Made by a program: the position numbers and the translations under genes. The notes beneath the pieces are model-generated. The model searched no databases. It had not been told where the DNA came from and saw only the letters and a program-made list of their open reading frames with translations. 64,000 nt of DNA from an uncultured Planctomycetota bacterium (lineage in GTDB: Bacteria; Planctomycetota; Planctomycetia; Gemmatales; Gemmataceae), in assembly GCA_963849325.1 (NCBI GenBank), contig CAWKHF010000001.1, positions 1 through 64,000 of the forward strand, read 5' to 3'. Of the stretch, positions 19,307 through 27,863 are shown one piece after another (position 1 is the stretch's first letter; each line of letters starts with the position of its first letter).

Positions 19307-20524
19307 TCAAGACGGCAACGAGCCATCCCGCCCCGCTGCCCCCTTCTTGGCGGCCTCGTCGAGATAGTCCGCCCACCACTGCATCATTTCACGGCGCTCG
19401 GTCAGGTATTGGGCATAGTTGTAAGCCGCCCGCACCCGGTTTCTCTCTCCGTGAGCCAACTGGCGTTCGATGACATCCCCTCGAAACTCATGCTCGTTCA
19501 ATATGGTACTGGCCGTACTGCGGAATCCGTGGCCGGTGGCGCGCGAATGGTAGCCCATGCGATACAGGGCATAAAGCATGGTATTCTCGCTCATGAAGGT
19601 TGACGGGTTGTGCTCGTTCGGGAACAAGTACTGTCGGTGGCCGGAAACCTTCTCCAGTTCCCTCAAGACCTTAATGGACTGCACGGCCAGCGGAACAATG
19701 TGCTCTTCCTTCATCTTCATTCTTTCCGCAGGGATTCTCCACTGGGCTTTCTCCCAGTCGATTTCTTTCCATTCGGCCCCGCGCAGCTCCCGCGTGCGAA
19801 CGAAGGTCAACAGAAGGAGGCGAAGTGCCAGCTTCGTCAATAGGCAACCGTCATAACTACTCAGCTTTTTCAAATACATGGGCAGTTCGTCGGCTCTCAG
19901 AAAGGAGTGGTGCTTGACGACCGGCGTCTTGAGCGCGCCACGCAGGTCGGGCACCGGGTTGTATTCCGTGCGGCCCGTGGCAACGGCAAAGGAAAAAATC
20001 TGGCTGCACATCTGCATTACCCGCCGTGCCGTATCAAGCGTGCCACGACTCTCAATCGCTCGCAGCATATCAAGCAGTTCGGGTGCTTTTATCTCGGCGA
20101 CGGGCTTCGAGGCCAGTTGGCGAAGAAGGTAGTTATCCAGGTAGACACGTTTGGTGCGGGTCGAACTCGGCTTCCACTCGTGCCGACGAGTCTCAAACCA
20201 CTCCTGAGCGACATACTCAAAAAGGTTGCTGCGCTGCAACATGATCTTCCGCTTTTCTTCCTTCTTGACATCCCCTGGATCGTTGCCGCCGGCGAGGAGC
20301 GTTTTTGTCTCCGCCCGACGTTTCCGGGCTGCCTCCAAGGTGACTTCGGGGTAGACACCAAACGCCAGCAACTTCTCCTTGCCCGCGAACTTGTACCTCA
20401 TTCGCCAATACTTGCCCCCCGAGGGCAGGATCAGAAGGAACAGTCCTTCGCCATCGGACAACTTATAAGGTCTTGATTTTGGCTTGGAGTTGCGAACTGT
20501 GGCCTCAGAAAGGGATTTCGGCAT
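19307..20524 (-). CDS. P4-like tyrosine integrase with arm-binding domain
   Basis: YKLSDGEGL...YPEVTL arm domain; catalytic R (FVRTREL), HGFR, LAH, Y (AAYNYA). Confidence 0.93.
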   Translation of the reverse strand: MPKSLSEATVRNSKPKSRPYKLSDGEGLFLLILPSGGKYWRMRYKFAGKEKLLAFGVYPEVTLEAARKRRAETKTLLAGGNDPGDVKKEEKRKIMLQRSNLFEYVAQEWFETRRHEWKPSSTRTKRVYLDNYLLRQLASKPVAEIKAPELLDMLRAIESRGTLDTARRVMQMCSQIFSFAVATGRTEYNPVPDLRGALKTPVVKHHSFLRADELPMYLKKLSSYDGCLLTKLALRLLLLTFVRTRELRGAEWKEIDWEKAQWRIPAERMKMKEEHIVPLAVQSIKVLRELEKVSGHRQYLFPNEHNPSTFMSENTMLYALYRMGYHSRATGHGFRSTASTILNEHEFRGDVIERQLAHGERNRVRAAYNYAQYLTERREMMQWWADYLDEAAKKGAAGRDGSLPS

Positions 20525-20784
20525 GGGGTACAAATCGAACGAGAGTGGGGTACATGGATAAATATGTACCCCATTTCTGCCGTGAATGTCAACAAATCTC
20601 AACGAACGTCACCGAAGTGCATTCGTCGTGTGAGCGCCGCACCGTCTTAGTTCGGAGGACTTCTGCGAACACGAGCGGATGAAGAATTGGTGATCTGGGC
20701 GGTGAACACATTGAGCCGGTAACGTATTGATAGGTGTAGTAATTTACCGATGTGGAAAAACGATGTACCCCGCTTTTCTACCCC
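20524..20784. promoter_or_regulatory. attP-like region with integrase arm-type repeats
   Basis: TGGGGTACA at 20524 and 20546; TGTACCCC at 20565 and 20764; CTACCCC at 20778; these flank a TGGTGATCTGGGCGG core and TAACGTATTGA. Confidence 0.55.
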
Positions 20785-20830
20785 TTACTTCTCCTGGTTG
20801 CATTTGTTCGCATCAAGGCCACTTCCAGAT

Positions 20831-21034
20831 TTAATTCACGGTCGCATTCTCCGAGAGCGCCTTGATTAACTCGTGAATGTCTTCGACGCGCCAAGCCGTG
20901 CATCGTGTCGAGAGCTTCACGGGCTTCGGATAACGTCCCGATTTGACTCCTTGCCACCAGCATGTTTTCCCAACGGGTATCATACTTAGCACCTGTGGCA
21001 GTCGAAGGAATCCGGTTTCAGGTAGGCCATTCAT
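20831..21034 (-). CDS. alpA: AlpA-family excisionase/regulator
   Basis: FLRLPQVL...GRYPKPVKLSTRCTAWRVEDI. Confidence 0.85.
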   Translation of the reverse strand: MNGLPETGFLRLPQVLSMIPVGKTCWWQGVKSGRYPKPVKLSTRCTAWRVEDIHELIKALSENATVN

Positions 21035-21225
21035 GCCATGCTTACCCCCTTCCCATTTTCCGATATTACCACAGGAGCCGTCAAATGTCTCGGAGAATCG
21101 CACTGAGAGCCGATGACAACGAATGCTGCAACGCAGCAACGGCAGTCGTGCGCCGTCCGGCGTATCGTCTTATCGGTATGATGTGATCGCAAACCGCATG
21201 TCATCCTACGAATTGCCCACCTCTA

Positions 21226-21408
21226 CGGCCCCGCACCGGGCCCTTCCTATACGGCACTTCTGAACCCGCCGCCGGTCCGGGCAAGCAGAAAATCGGCTCC
21301 CCCTGAAGGTCGCCCCCAATTTTCAGCTTGCCCGGTCGCTCGCGCTCGCTTCGCCCCGGCTCAAGCGGGTTCCCGTGAAGTGCCGGAAGGCCCCGGTTGG
21401 CGGGGCCG
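21226..21408. promoter_or_regulatory. Long hairpin repeat, copy 1 (Frpo/ssi-like single-strand promoter candidate)
   Basis: Nested stems CGGCCCCGC/GCGGGGCCG, CGGCACTTC/GAAGTGCCG, CCGGGCAAGC/GCTTGCCCGG; upstream of the ParB-like gene. Confidence 0.65.
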
Positions 21409-21477
21409 ACCGGTTGTCGGTTGGCGGCTCTGCTGCCCGCCGGCTTCCTTTCAATCATCAACGAAAAGGAGTTTCCT

Positions 21478-23421
21478 ATGAACACACTGGACAATGCCAG
21501 CAATCAACCTCGACTTATTGCCGCCAGCAAGCTGGAGAAGTCGCCGCACAATGCCCGCCGCACCGCGCCGAAGATGGGGATGGACGAACTGAAGGCTTCG
21601 TTGCTTGCGCACGGGCTGATGCAAAACCTCGTCGTCACCGATACGGGTGACGGCGTGTTTCAGGTCATCGCCGGAGGTCGCCGGTTGGAGGCGATCCGCA
21701 CGCTCCAGACGGAGGGCAAGCTGCCGCAGGACTTCGCGGTTCCATGCCAGGTCGTGGCCGACGAGCACTCCCTTGAAATGAGCCTCGCCGAGAACACGGT
21801 TCGGCTGGCCATGCACCCGGCGGACGAGTTCGAGGCGTTCGCCGCCCTCATCGACAAGGGCGAATCCGCGGCCCAAGTGGCCGAGCGTTTTGGCGTCGAT
21901 GAAGGCCACGTCCTCAAACGGATGAAGCTGGCCCGCGTCGCGCCGCAACTCGTCAAGGAATACCGCGAGGGAGGCATCACGCTCGAATGCCTGAAGGCGT
22001 TCACAGTTACCGACGACCACCGCCGACAGGTGAAGGTCTTCAAGTCGCTGCAAGATTGGCAGAAGGAAGACCCGAGCGAAATCCGAGCGGCCCTAACCGA
22101 AAAGCTGGTCGAGGCCAGCAGCAAGCTGGCGCGCTTCGTCGGCGTGGAAGCATACGAGGCAGCCGGGGGGCCAACCCGCGCCGACCTGTTCGGCGAGGAG
22201 GTCTATCTCGAAAAGCCCGCCCTCCTGCACAAGCTCGCCGAGCAGAAGCTCGAATCTATTCGCAAGGAGCTTGAGGCGGAAGGCTGGGGCTGGATCGAGA
22301 TTAACCCGGAGCGGGATTACCAGTTCATCAGCCGTTGCGGCCGGATAGAACCCCGCCTGATGGATGCACCACCCGAACTGGTTGAGTTCAGGTCACGCCT
22401 CGATCACGAGCTGACGCAGATCGAAGAGGCACTTGCGGAAACCGAGTCCGACGAGCTGCTGGAGCAGCAGCAGCTTACCCAGCAGCGGGTGGACGAGGCG
22501 GAGGAAAAACTCGCCGCCTTCGTCGGGTTCGACACCGGGCAGAAGGGACTTGCCGGCTGCTACGTTTCCATCGCGCAGGATGGCACGCCGTTCGTGGACA
22601 AGGGGCTGATAAAGCCGGAGCACCGGAAGGAACTGGCCCGCTTGCTCAAGGAAGGCGGCACGGACACCGAGTCGGCTGCGCAGCCGCCGAAGAATCCCCT
22701 GTCGGAGAGCCTACGCCGCGACCTCGCCGCTTCGCGGTCGCAAGTGGCCCAGGTGGAGATCGCAAGCAATCCCGCGATTGCCTTTGACCTGCTGGTTTTC
22801 CACGTGGCGACCGGGATGCTGAGTGAGGACTGCTGTGGTGACGGGCCGAACGTCGCATTCCTCCCGCCGCGTGCCGATTCGAGAAGCGAGGAAGGATCGT
22901 CACCTGCGGTAAAGGCCCTCGATGGCATCGAGCAATCGCTCCCTGCCGGCTGGCTCAAGCCGAAATCGGAAGCCGCCCGATTTGGGGCCTTCCGCTTGCT
23001 GCCGCACGAGGCCAAGGAGCAATTGCTCGCCTACTGCGTGGCGATGACGCTGCAACCGAAACTTGGCCCCGCAGACGGCGAGGAAACCACCGCCTACGAT
23101 GCCTCGCTGTCACTCACCGGGGCAAACGTGGCTGCATACTGGCGGCCGAGCGGTGCCAACTTCCTCAGCCGCGTCAGCCGGGACCAGTTGCTCGCCATTG
23201 CCCGCGAAACCCTCGGCGAACCGTGGGCACAGTCGAGGGCACGCGATAGCAAGGCATCGCTGGTCGGCCAAATGGAACGCGCCTTCGCCGATCCCGGCAG
23301 GCCGGGCCAGACGCCGGAACAGGCCGAAAGACTGAAGAGTTGGTTACCGGCTGGCATGGCGTTCGGCTCTCTCCCGACGCCCAAGCAGGTGAAGGGCAAG
23401 AGAACCTGGAAGGCAGCTTAA
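21478..23421 (+). CDS. ParB-like protein of conjugative-element leading regions
   Basis: GLMQNLVV, IAGGRRLEA, SLAENTVRLAMHPADEFEAF, HTH; WLPAGMAF C-terminus. Confidence 0.88.
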   Translation: MNTLDNASNQPRLIAASKLEKSPHNARRTAPKMGMDELKASLLAHGLMQNLVVTDTGDGVFQVIAGGRRLEAIRTLQTEGKLPQDFAVPCQVVADEHSLEMSLAENTVRLAMHPADEFEAFAALIDKGESAAQVAERFGVDEGHVLKRMKLARVAPQLVKEYREGGITLECLKAFTVTDDHRRQVKVFKSLQDWQKEDPSEIRAALTEKLVEASSKLARFVGVEAYEAAGGPTRADLFGEEVYLEKPALLHKLAEQKLESIRKELEAEGWGWIEINPERDYQFISRCGRIEPRLMDAPPELVEFRSRLDHELTQIEEALAETESDELLEQQQLTQQRVDEAEEKLAAFVGFDTGQKGLAGCYVSIAQDGTPFVDKGLIKPEHRKELARLLKEGGTDTESAAQPPKNPLSESLRRDLAASRSQVAQVEIASNPAIAFDLLVFHVATGMLSEDCCGDGPNVAFLPPRADSRSEEGSSPAVKALDGIEQSLPAGWLKPKSEAARFGAFRLLPHEAKEQLLAYCVAMTLQPKLGPADGEETTAYDASLSLTGANVAAYWRPSGANFLSRVSRDQLLAIARETLGEPWAQSRARDSKASLVGQMERAFADPGRPGQTPEQAERLKSWLPAGMAFGSLPTPKQVKGKRTWKAA

Positions 23422-23430
23422 TCAACATTG

Positions 23431-23452
23431 CGGCGGGCGGAAACGCCCGCCG
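23431..23452 (+). other. GC-rich GAAA-loop hairpin between genes (similar hairpin at 25590-25613)
   Basis: CGGCGGGCG-GAAA-CGCCCGCCG, just before a GAAAGGA RBS. Confidence 0.6.
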
Positions 23453-23475
23453 TTCACTTTGGAAAGGATTCCACC

Positions 23476-23715
23476 ATGATACCGCAATCCCACAACGACA
23501 ATTTCGACGCCTTACACCGGGCTTTTGATGACGGTGCCGCCTGCCTTCTCGAATGCCACGAGCGGGCGACGGGCAGGCCCGTCTACGTCATCTGCGCCGT
23601 CAACCGTCGCGGCGACGAGGTTGAGCTGGTGCCGTTTGCCACGCTGTTCAACGATAACCCTTACGACATGCTGTTGCCGCCCCCTGGACTGGCTGAGGAA
23701 CGGGGGCCGGTATGA
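23476..23715 (+). CDS. DUF6117-like plasmid protein
   Basis: NFDAL.RAF...LLEC...VYVICAV...PFA.LFNDNPY. Confidence 0.65.
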   Translation: MIPQSHNDNFDALHRAFDDGAACLLECHERATGRPVYVICAVNRRGDEVELVPFATLFNDNPYDMLLPPPGLAEERGPV

Positions 23716-24632
23716 CATCCGTTCGCAGCGACATCTACACTCGCGTCACCGACCGTATTCTCACCGACCTCGAAAAGGGCGTCCGCCCCTGGCTCCAACC
23801 GTGGAACGCGAGCCACGCGGCCGGGCCGATCACCCGGCCCCTGCGGGCCAGCGGCCAGCCCTACAAAGGCGTCAACGTGCTGATGCTCTGGACATCAGCG
23901 ATGGCCCAGCATTTCGCTTCGCCCATCTGGATGACTTTCAAACAAGCCAAGGAACTCAACGCGAACATCCGGAAGGGTTCCAAGGGATCGCTCGTCGTGT
24001 ACTCCGACCGCATCACCAGGACGGAAAGTACCGACGACGGCGAGGAGCAGGAGCGGGACATCTACTTCATGAAGGAATACCACGTTTTCAACGTGGAGCA
24101 GATCGAGGGTCTTCCGCCGCATTTCTATGCCGTTGACACACCGCCGCTCGATCAGGCTCTGCGCAATGATGCCGCCGAGCGTTTCTTCGCCAACACCGGG
24201 GCCGACATCCGCCACGGCGGGAGCCATGCTTATTACGCCCCCGGCCCCGATTACGTGCAGATGCCGCCCTTCGCTGCGTTCCGGGATGCCGAGAGCTATG
24301 CCTCGACGCTGGCCCACGAGATGACCCACTGGACCAAGCACCCCTCACGTCTTGACCGGGATTTTGGGCGCACCAAGTTCGGCGACGAGGGCTATGCCCG
24401 TGAGGAACTGGTAGCGGAGATCGGGGCCGCGTTCCTGTGCTGCGATCTTGGCATCACGCCGGAGCCGCGCGACGACCACGCCGCCTACCTCGACCACTGG
24501 CTCAAGGTCCTAAAGGAAGACAAGCGGGCCATCTTCCAGGCATCGTCCCACGCGCAACGGGCGGTTGATTTCCTTCACGGCCTCCAGCACGAGATACCCA
24601 CACCGGGTATTCGGGAAGGAGGCCAGCCATGA
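23712..24632 (+). CDS. ardC: Antirestriction protein ArdC (ssDNA-binding + zincin protease)
   Basis: DIYTRVTDRI, PW..PW, YKGVN, WMTFKQA, HEMTHWT, YAREELVAE. Confidence 0.9.
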   Translation: MTSVRSDIYTRVTDRILTDLEKGVRPWLQPWNASHAAGPITRPLRASGQPYKGVNVLMLWTSAMAQHFASPIWMTFKQAKELNANIRKGSKGSLVVYSDRITRTESTDDGEEQERDIYFMKEYHVFNVEQIEGLPPHFYAVDTPPLDQALRNDAAERFFANTGADIRHGGSHAYYAPGPDYVQMPPFAAFRDAESYASTLAHEMTHWTKHPSRLDRDFGRTKFGDEGYAREELVAEIGAAFLCCDLGITPEPRDDHAAYLDHWLKVLKEDKRAIFQASSHAQRAVDFLHGLQHEIPTPGIREGGQP

Positions 24633-24901
24633 CCCGCACTGTCCGATTCTCCCTGGGCCAGACGGTCATCACCGCCAACGCCAGCCTACAACTGGCAACC
24701 GAAGAAGTGCTGACCGCTCTGAAGCGTCACGCCAGCGGCGATTGGGGCGACCTGTGCCCCGAGGATTCCCTCGCCAATGACGAGGCTCTCCAACATGGGG
24801 GTCGATTGTTCTCCGCCTACGGGCAGGGCGACAACCGTTTCTGGATCATTACGGAGGCCGACCGGTCCGTTACGACCGTCCTGCTGCCGAACGATTACTG
24901 A
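24629..24901 (+). CDS. Conserved plasmid/ICE hypothetical protein
   Basis: RHASGDWGDL...WIITEADRSVTTVLLP. Confidence 0.75.
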   Translation: MTRTVRFSLGQTVITANASLQLATEEVLTALKRHASGDWGDLCPEDSLANDEALQHGGRLFSAYGQGDNRFWIITEADRSVTTVLLPNDY

Positions 24902-25116
24902 GCAGTTGGCCCCGTCCTGCCCGGTATCCAAGCGTCGGTCCATGATCGGCAGGGTGCCGGGCAGGCTGGCCCAGCGGCGTTTCCTATCAACCTATCGCCC
25001 CTGCGAGATGGGATGTCCTCGTTTCAAGCAAGCCCATCTCACCTGGTTGCCTGGCGACAATGGGCCGCCCTTGCGGTGTGTGCGAGCGTTAGCCTGTCTC
25101 CTTTCCCGGCATGAGC

Positions 25117-25301
25117 CAGCCCCCACCACCTGGGCCTTGTATTTACGGCACTCTGATCCCGCCGCCGGTCCGGGCAAGCAGAAAATCGGCTCCCCCTGAA
25201 GGTCGCCCCCAATTTTCAGCTTGCCCGGTCGCTGGCGCTCGCTCCGCCCCGGCTCAAGCGGGCTCCTTTGACGTGCCGTAAGGCCCCGGTGGTCGGGACT
25301 G
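25117..25301. promoter_or_regulatory. Long hairpin repeat, copy 2
   Basis: Core near-identical to 21250-21400; outer stems differ but still pair (ACCACC/GGTGGT, TTACGGCAC/GTGCCGTAA). Confidence 0.65.
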
Positions 25302-25324
25302 AAACTCAAGAGAAGGAGAACATC

Positions 25325-25582
25325 ATGTCTAAACCCGCACACAAAATCCGCAACGGCGTCCTGCAAGTCACCATCTGGCGCAACCACGGCGAGAAAGGCA
25401 ACTGGTACTCGGTCAATCTCTCCCGCAGCTACAAGGTCGATGAGGGCTGGCGTGAAACCGATGCCCTGGGCCAGGACGACCTGCTCCCGGCAGCCAAGCT
25501 GCTCGACATGGCCGACACGTGGATCATGCACCAGCAGCAGGCCGACGCCAAAGCCCGCAAGGAATCCCAGCAGGCAGCGTAA
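25325..25582 (+). CDS. Small protein, possibly a PC4-like ssDNA-binding fold
   Basis: VTIWRN...WYSVNLSRSYK..GWRET; AGGAG RBS; fold is inferred. Confidence 0.65.
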   Translation: MSKPAHKIRNGVLQVTIWRNHGEKGNWYSVNLSRSYKVDEGWRETDALGQDDLLPAAKLLDMADTWIMHQQQADAKARKESQQAA

Positions 25583-25636
25583 CTCAACCGGGCGGCCCGG
25601 AAACGGGCCGCCCATTATCTTGAAAGGAATCACACC

Positions 25637-25975
25637 ATGAGCACGACGTTTTCCCCCGCGCCCTGGAGCTACGAATATAGCCCTTACACGGTCCGCGAAG
25701 CTGGCGCGGACGCCACCTGCTCCGTTGGCGATGCCCTTCCCGCCTTCGAGGTCTTCGACGCCGACGGCAACAAAGTCTTCGATACGAACGAAGCCACGCC
25801 TGCCGAACTTCAGGAAGCCAATGCCTGCCTTGCGTCGGCCGCGCCGAGGTTGCTGGCATCGCTCATCACTTGTGCCAACCTGCTCACCGATTACGACGAC
25901 TCGGACGGCGAGGAAGGTGAAGCTTACCGCGAGGCGCTGGCCGCCATCGCCGAAGCGACCGCGAGGACAACCTGA
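25637..25975 (+). CDS. Hypothetical protein
   Basis: PWSY...EANACLASAAP.LL motif typical of mobile-element ORFs. Confidence 0.65.
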   Translation: MSTTFSPAPWSYEYSPYTVREAGADATCSVGDALPAFEVFDADGNKVFDTNEATPAELQEANACLASAAPRLLASLITCANLLTDYDDSDGEEGEAYREALAAIAEATARTT

Positions 25976-26082
25976 GTAACCGCCCGGGCCTGCCCGCCAG
26001 GTCCCGGCCACGGCCAACGGCATAAGTTGACAGGCGGGTCCAGCCCAGTTATTGACTTACTTACCCCAGCGACAGCACTGAC

Positions 26083-26310
26083 ATGCCCAAACAGACCCAC
26101 TCATCCCCGCTTATTCAGAGAGGCGACACTGTTGCTTACAATCGGACCTACCTGGACCGCCAGAGAATCCACTGTGACAAGCTGGCGAATGCCAGGGGAA
26201 AGGTCACGGCATTTCACCGCATTGCCGAAGGGGTTCTTCTTGCCGATGTGTATTGGGATACCCCCGGCCTGTCAAAACGGGTCTACCTTAAGGACCTGGT
26301 GAAGGTCTGA
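26083..26310 (+). CDS. Small hypothetical protein
   Basis: 75-aa ORF with an SH3-like beta pattern. Confidence 0.45.
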   Translation: MPKQTHSSPLIQRGDTVAYNRTYLDRQRIHCDKLANARGKVTAFHRIAEGVLLADVYWDTPGLSKRVYLKDLVKV

Positions 26311-27047
26311 CCGGTACTCTACTCCCTCCCCCTATCCCCCCCTATCCAGCTATTTCCCGAAACGTATGGGCGTCCCGGCATCCATGCCGACCGGGTGACT
26401 CCGGGCTGCGCTTCGCTCCGGTCCGGGGACGGACTGCGTTCGCACCCTCCGGCCCCCTGACGCGAAAAGACCAAGGCACCCGGAGCCGTCAGAGAATACC
26501 CAACTCCGGGCGGCGAGCCTGCTGATGCCCGGCTGCATTATCGCCTTCCTTCCAACGCGGCCACCGCCGATGGCGGGCGGGGGTGTGCCTGTCGTCTGCT
26601 GCGATGCAGCACAGGACCGCGACTTCGCCACCAGATACCCCCACGGGGCTTCCACACAGCCTTGCCCACGCCTCTCTTCCAGTCGTGGCAACACGGCAGT
26701 TTTTCAAGTCACACAATGCTTCCAAAGGTTGCAGGCGTCTTCCCTATGCTCTGCATAGGTCGGCTGGAACCGTTCCAGCCGCCAGACGCCCAGCCAGCGC
26801 AGCTTCGCGGGGGCCATCCGGTTGCTCTCCTGACCGCACCGGACGGCCCCGCGACGCGCATCAAAATCGTCGCCTCCGCAGCCCGAATCCCTTGCGAAAA
26901 GAGCCTTGTCGGCTGCTCACGGCTCGCCGCGAATGGCAACGAATCACCTGATAATTCAGTGTCTTGCCCGTTGCGCGAAGGATTCCGACTGTGATAAAAT
27001 TGTCACACAGGGTCAAGGATTGATCCCATCACTTCACGGAGGAATGT

Positions 27048-27536
27048 ATGGCAAGAAAACGCAAGTCCACAACGCAAGAAGAACCGCCCGCAGACACGAC
27101 TTCCAGCACCACGTCAACCGCTGTTGCAGAACCCCTACCCGGTATCGCTGAAACTAGCTCGGTTAGCGCAGACCAACTACCGGCCAACGCCGAATCTCGT
27201 CCCAGCTTCGCCGAGCGCGTCGGGCAAAGGAAAGGAACCATACAGCCCGACCCATTTGGTATCGCCGGAGACTACCTGGCCGGAGTCCGTCTCTTTGAAA
27301 GCCGGCGGGATCACCAGATGGCCTTGAAGTTCGACGAGAAACCGAGCCAGGCGGTCATCGACAAGCTGAAGGAGGCCGGATACCGCTGGAACCCCGCCGA
27401 TATGATCTGGGCGCAACCGGTCTGGCCGGCCACCGCCATGAGCACCCGCATCAAGGCCGAGCGGCTCTTTCAGGAAGTCAGCCGGATGATCCGGGAAGAG
27501 AAGGGCATCGAGAAATCACCGGAAATCCCCTTCTAA
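27048..27536 (+). CDS. Hypothetical protein
   Basis: GGAGG RBS; KFDEKPS...LKEAGYRW; ends EIPF. Confidence 0.7.
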   Translation: MARKRKSTTQEEPPADTTSSTTSTAVAEPLPGIAETSSVSADQLPANAESRPSFAERVGQRKGTIQPDPFGIAGDYLAGVRLFESRRDHQMALKFDEKPSQAVIDKLKEAGYRWNPADMIWAQPVWPATAMSTRIKAERLFQEVSRMIREEKGIEKSPEIPF

Positions 27537-27569
27537 ACAACGAGTTATTTGCTCGAAAGGCGGCGCGTC

Positions 27570-27779
27570 ATGCCCATGCCCCCGACCTATCACCTTCAGG
27601 ACCTCGGCACCCAGGCCCAATCAATGGCTCGGAACTGCGGCAACGAGCGGATGGCGATGATTATGCAATATGTCGCCCTCGGCTCGATGATCGTCATGGC
27701 CGGGGTTGCTGCGAGCCGCGTCCTGCGGGAGACCTTCGGCCCGGCCGATCATCACCCCCACCGAGGTTGGGAGAGATGA
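27570..27779 (+). CDS. Small membrane protein
   Basis: Hydrophobic segment QYVALGSMIVMAGVAA. Confidence 0.5.
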   Translation: MPMPPTYHLQDLGTQAQSMARNCGNERMAMIMQYVALGSMIVMAGVAASRVLRETFGPADHHPHRGWER

Positions 27780-27863
27780 GCCATGACGCACCCAGTCGTA
27801 AAAATCGAGGAAGAACAAAGGCATCCAGTGGAATCTTCAAGGGCGGAGGCAACCCCTTAACCG

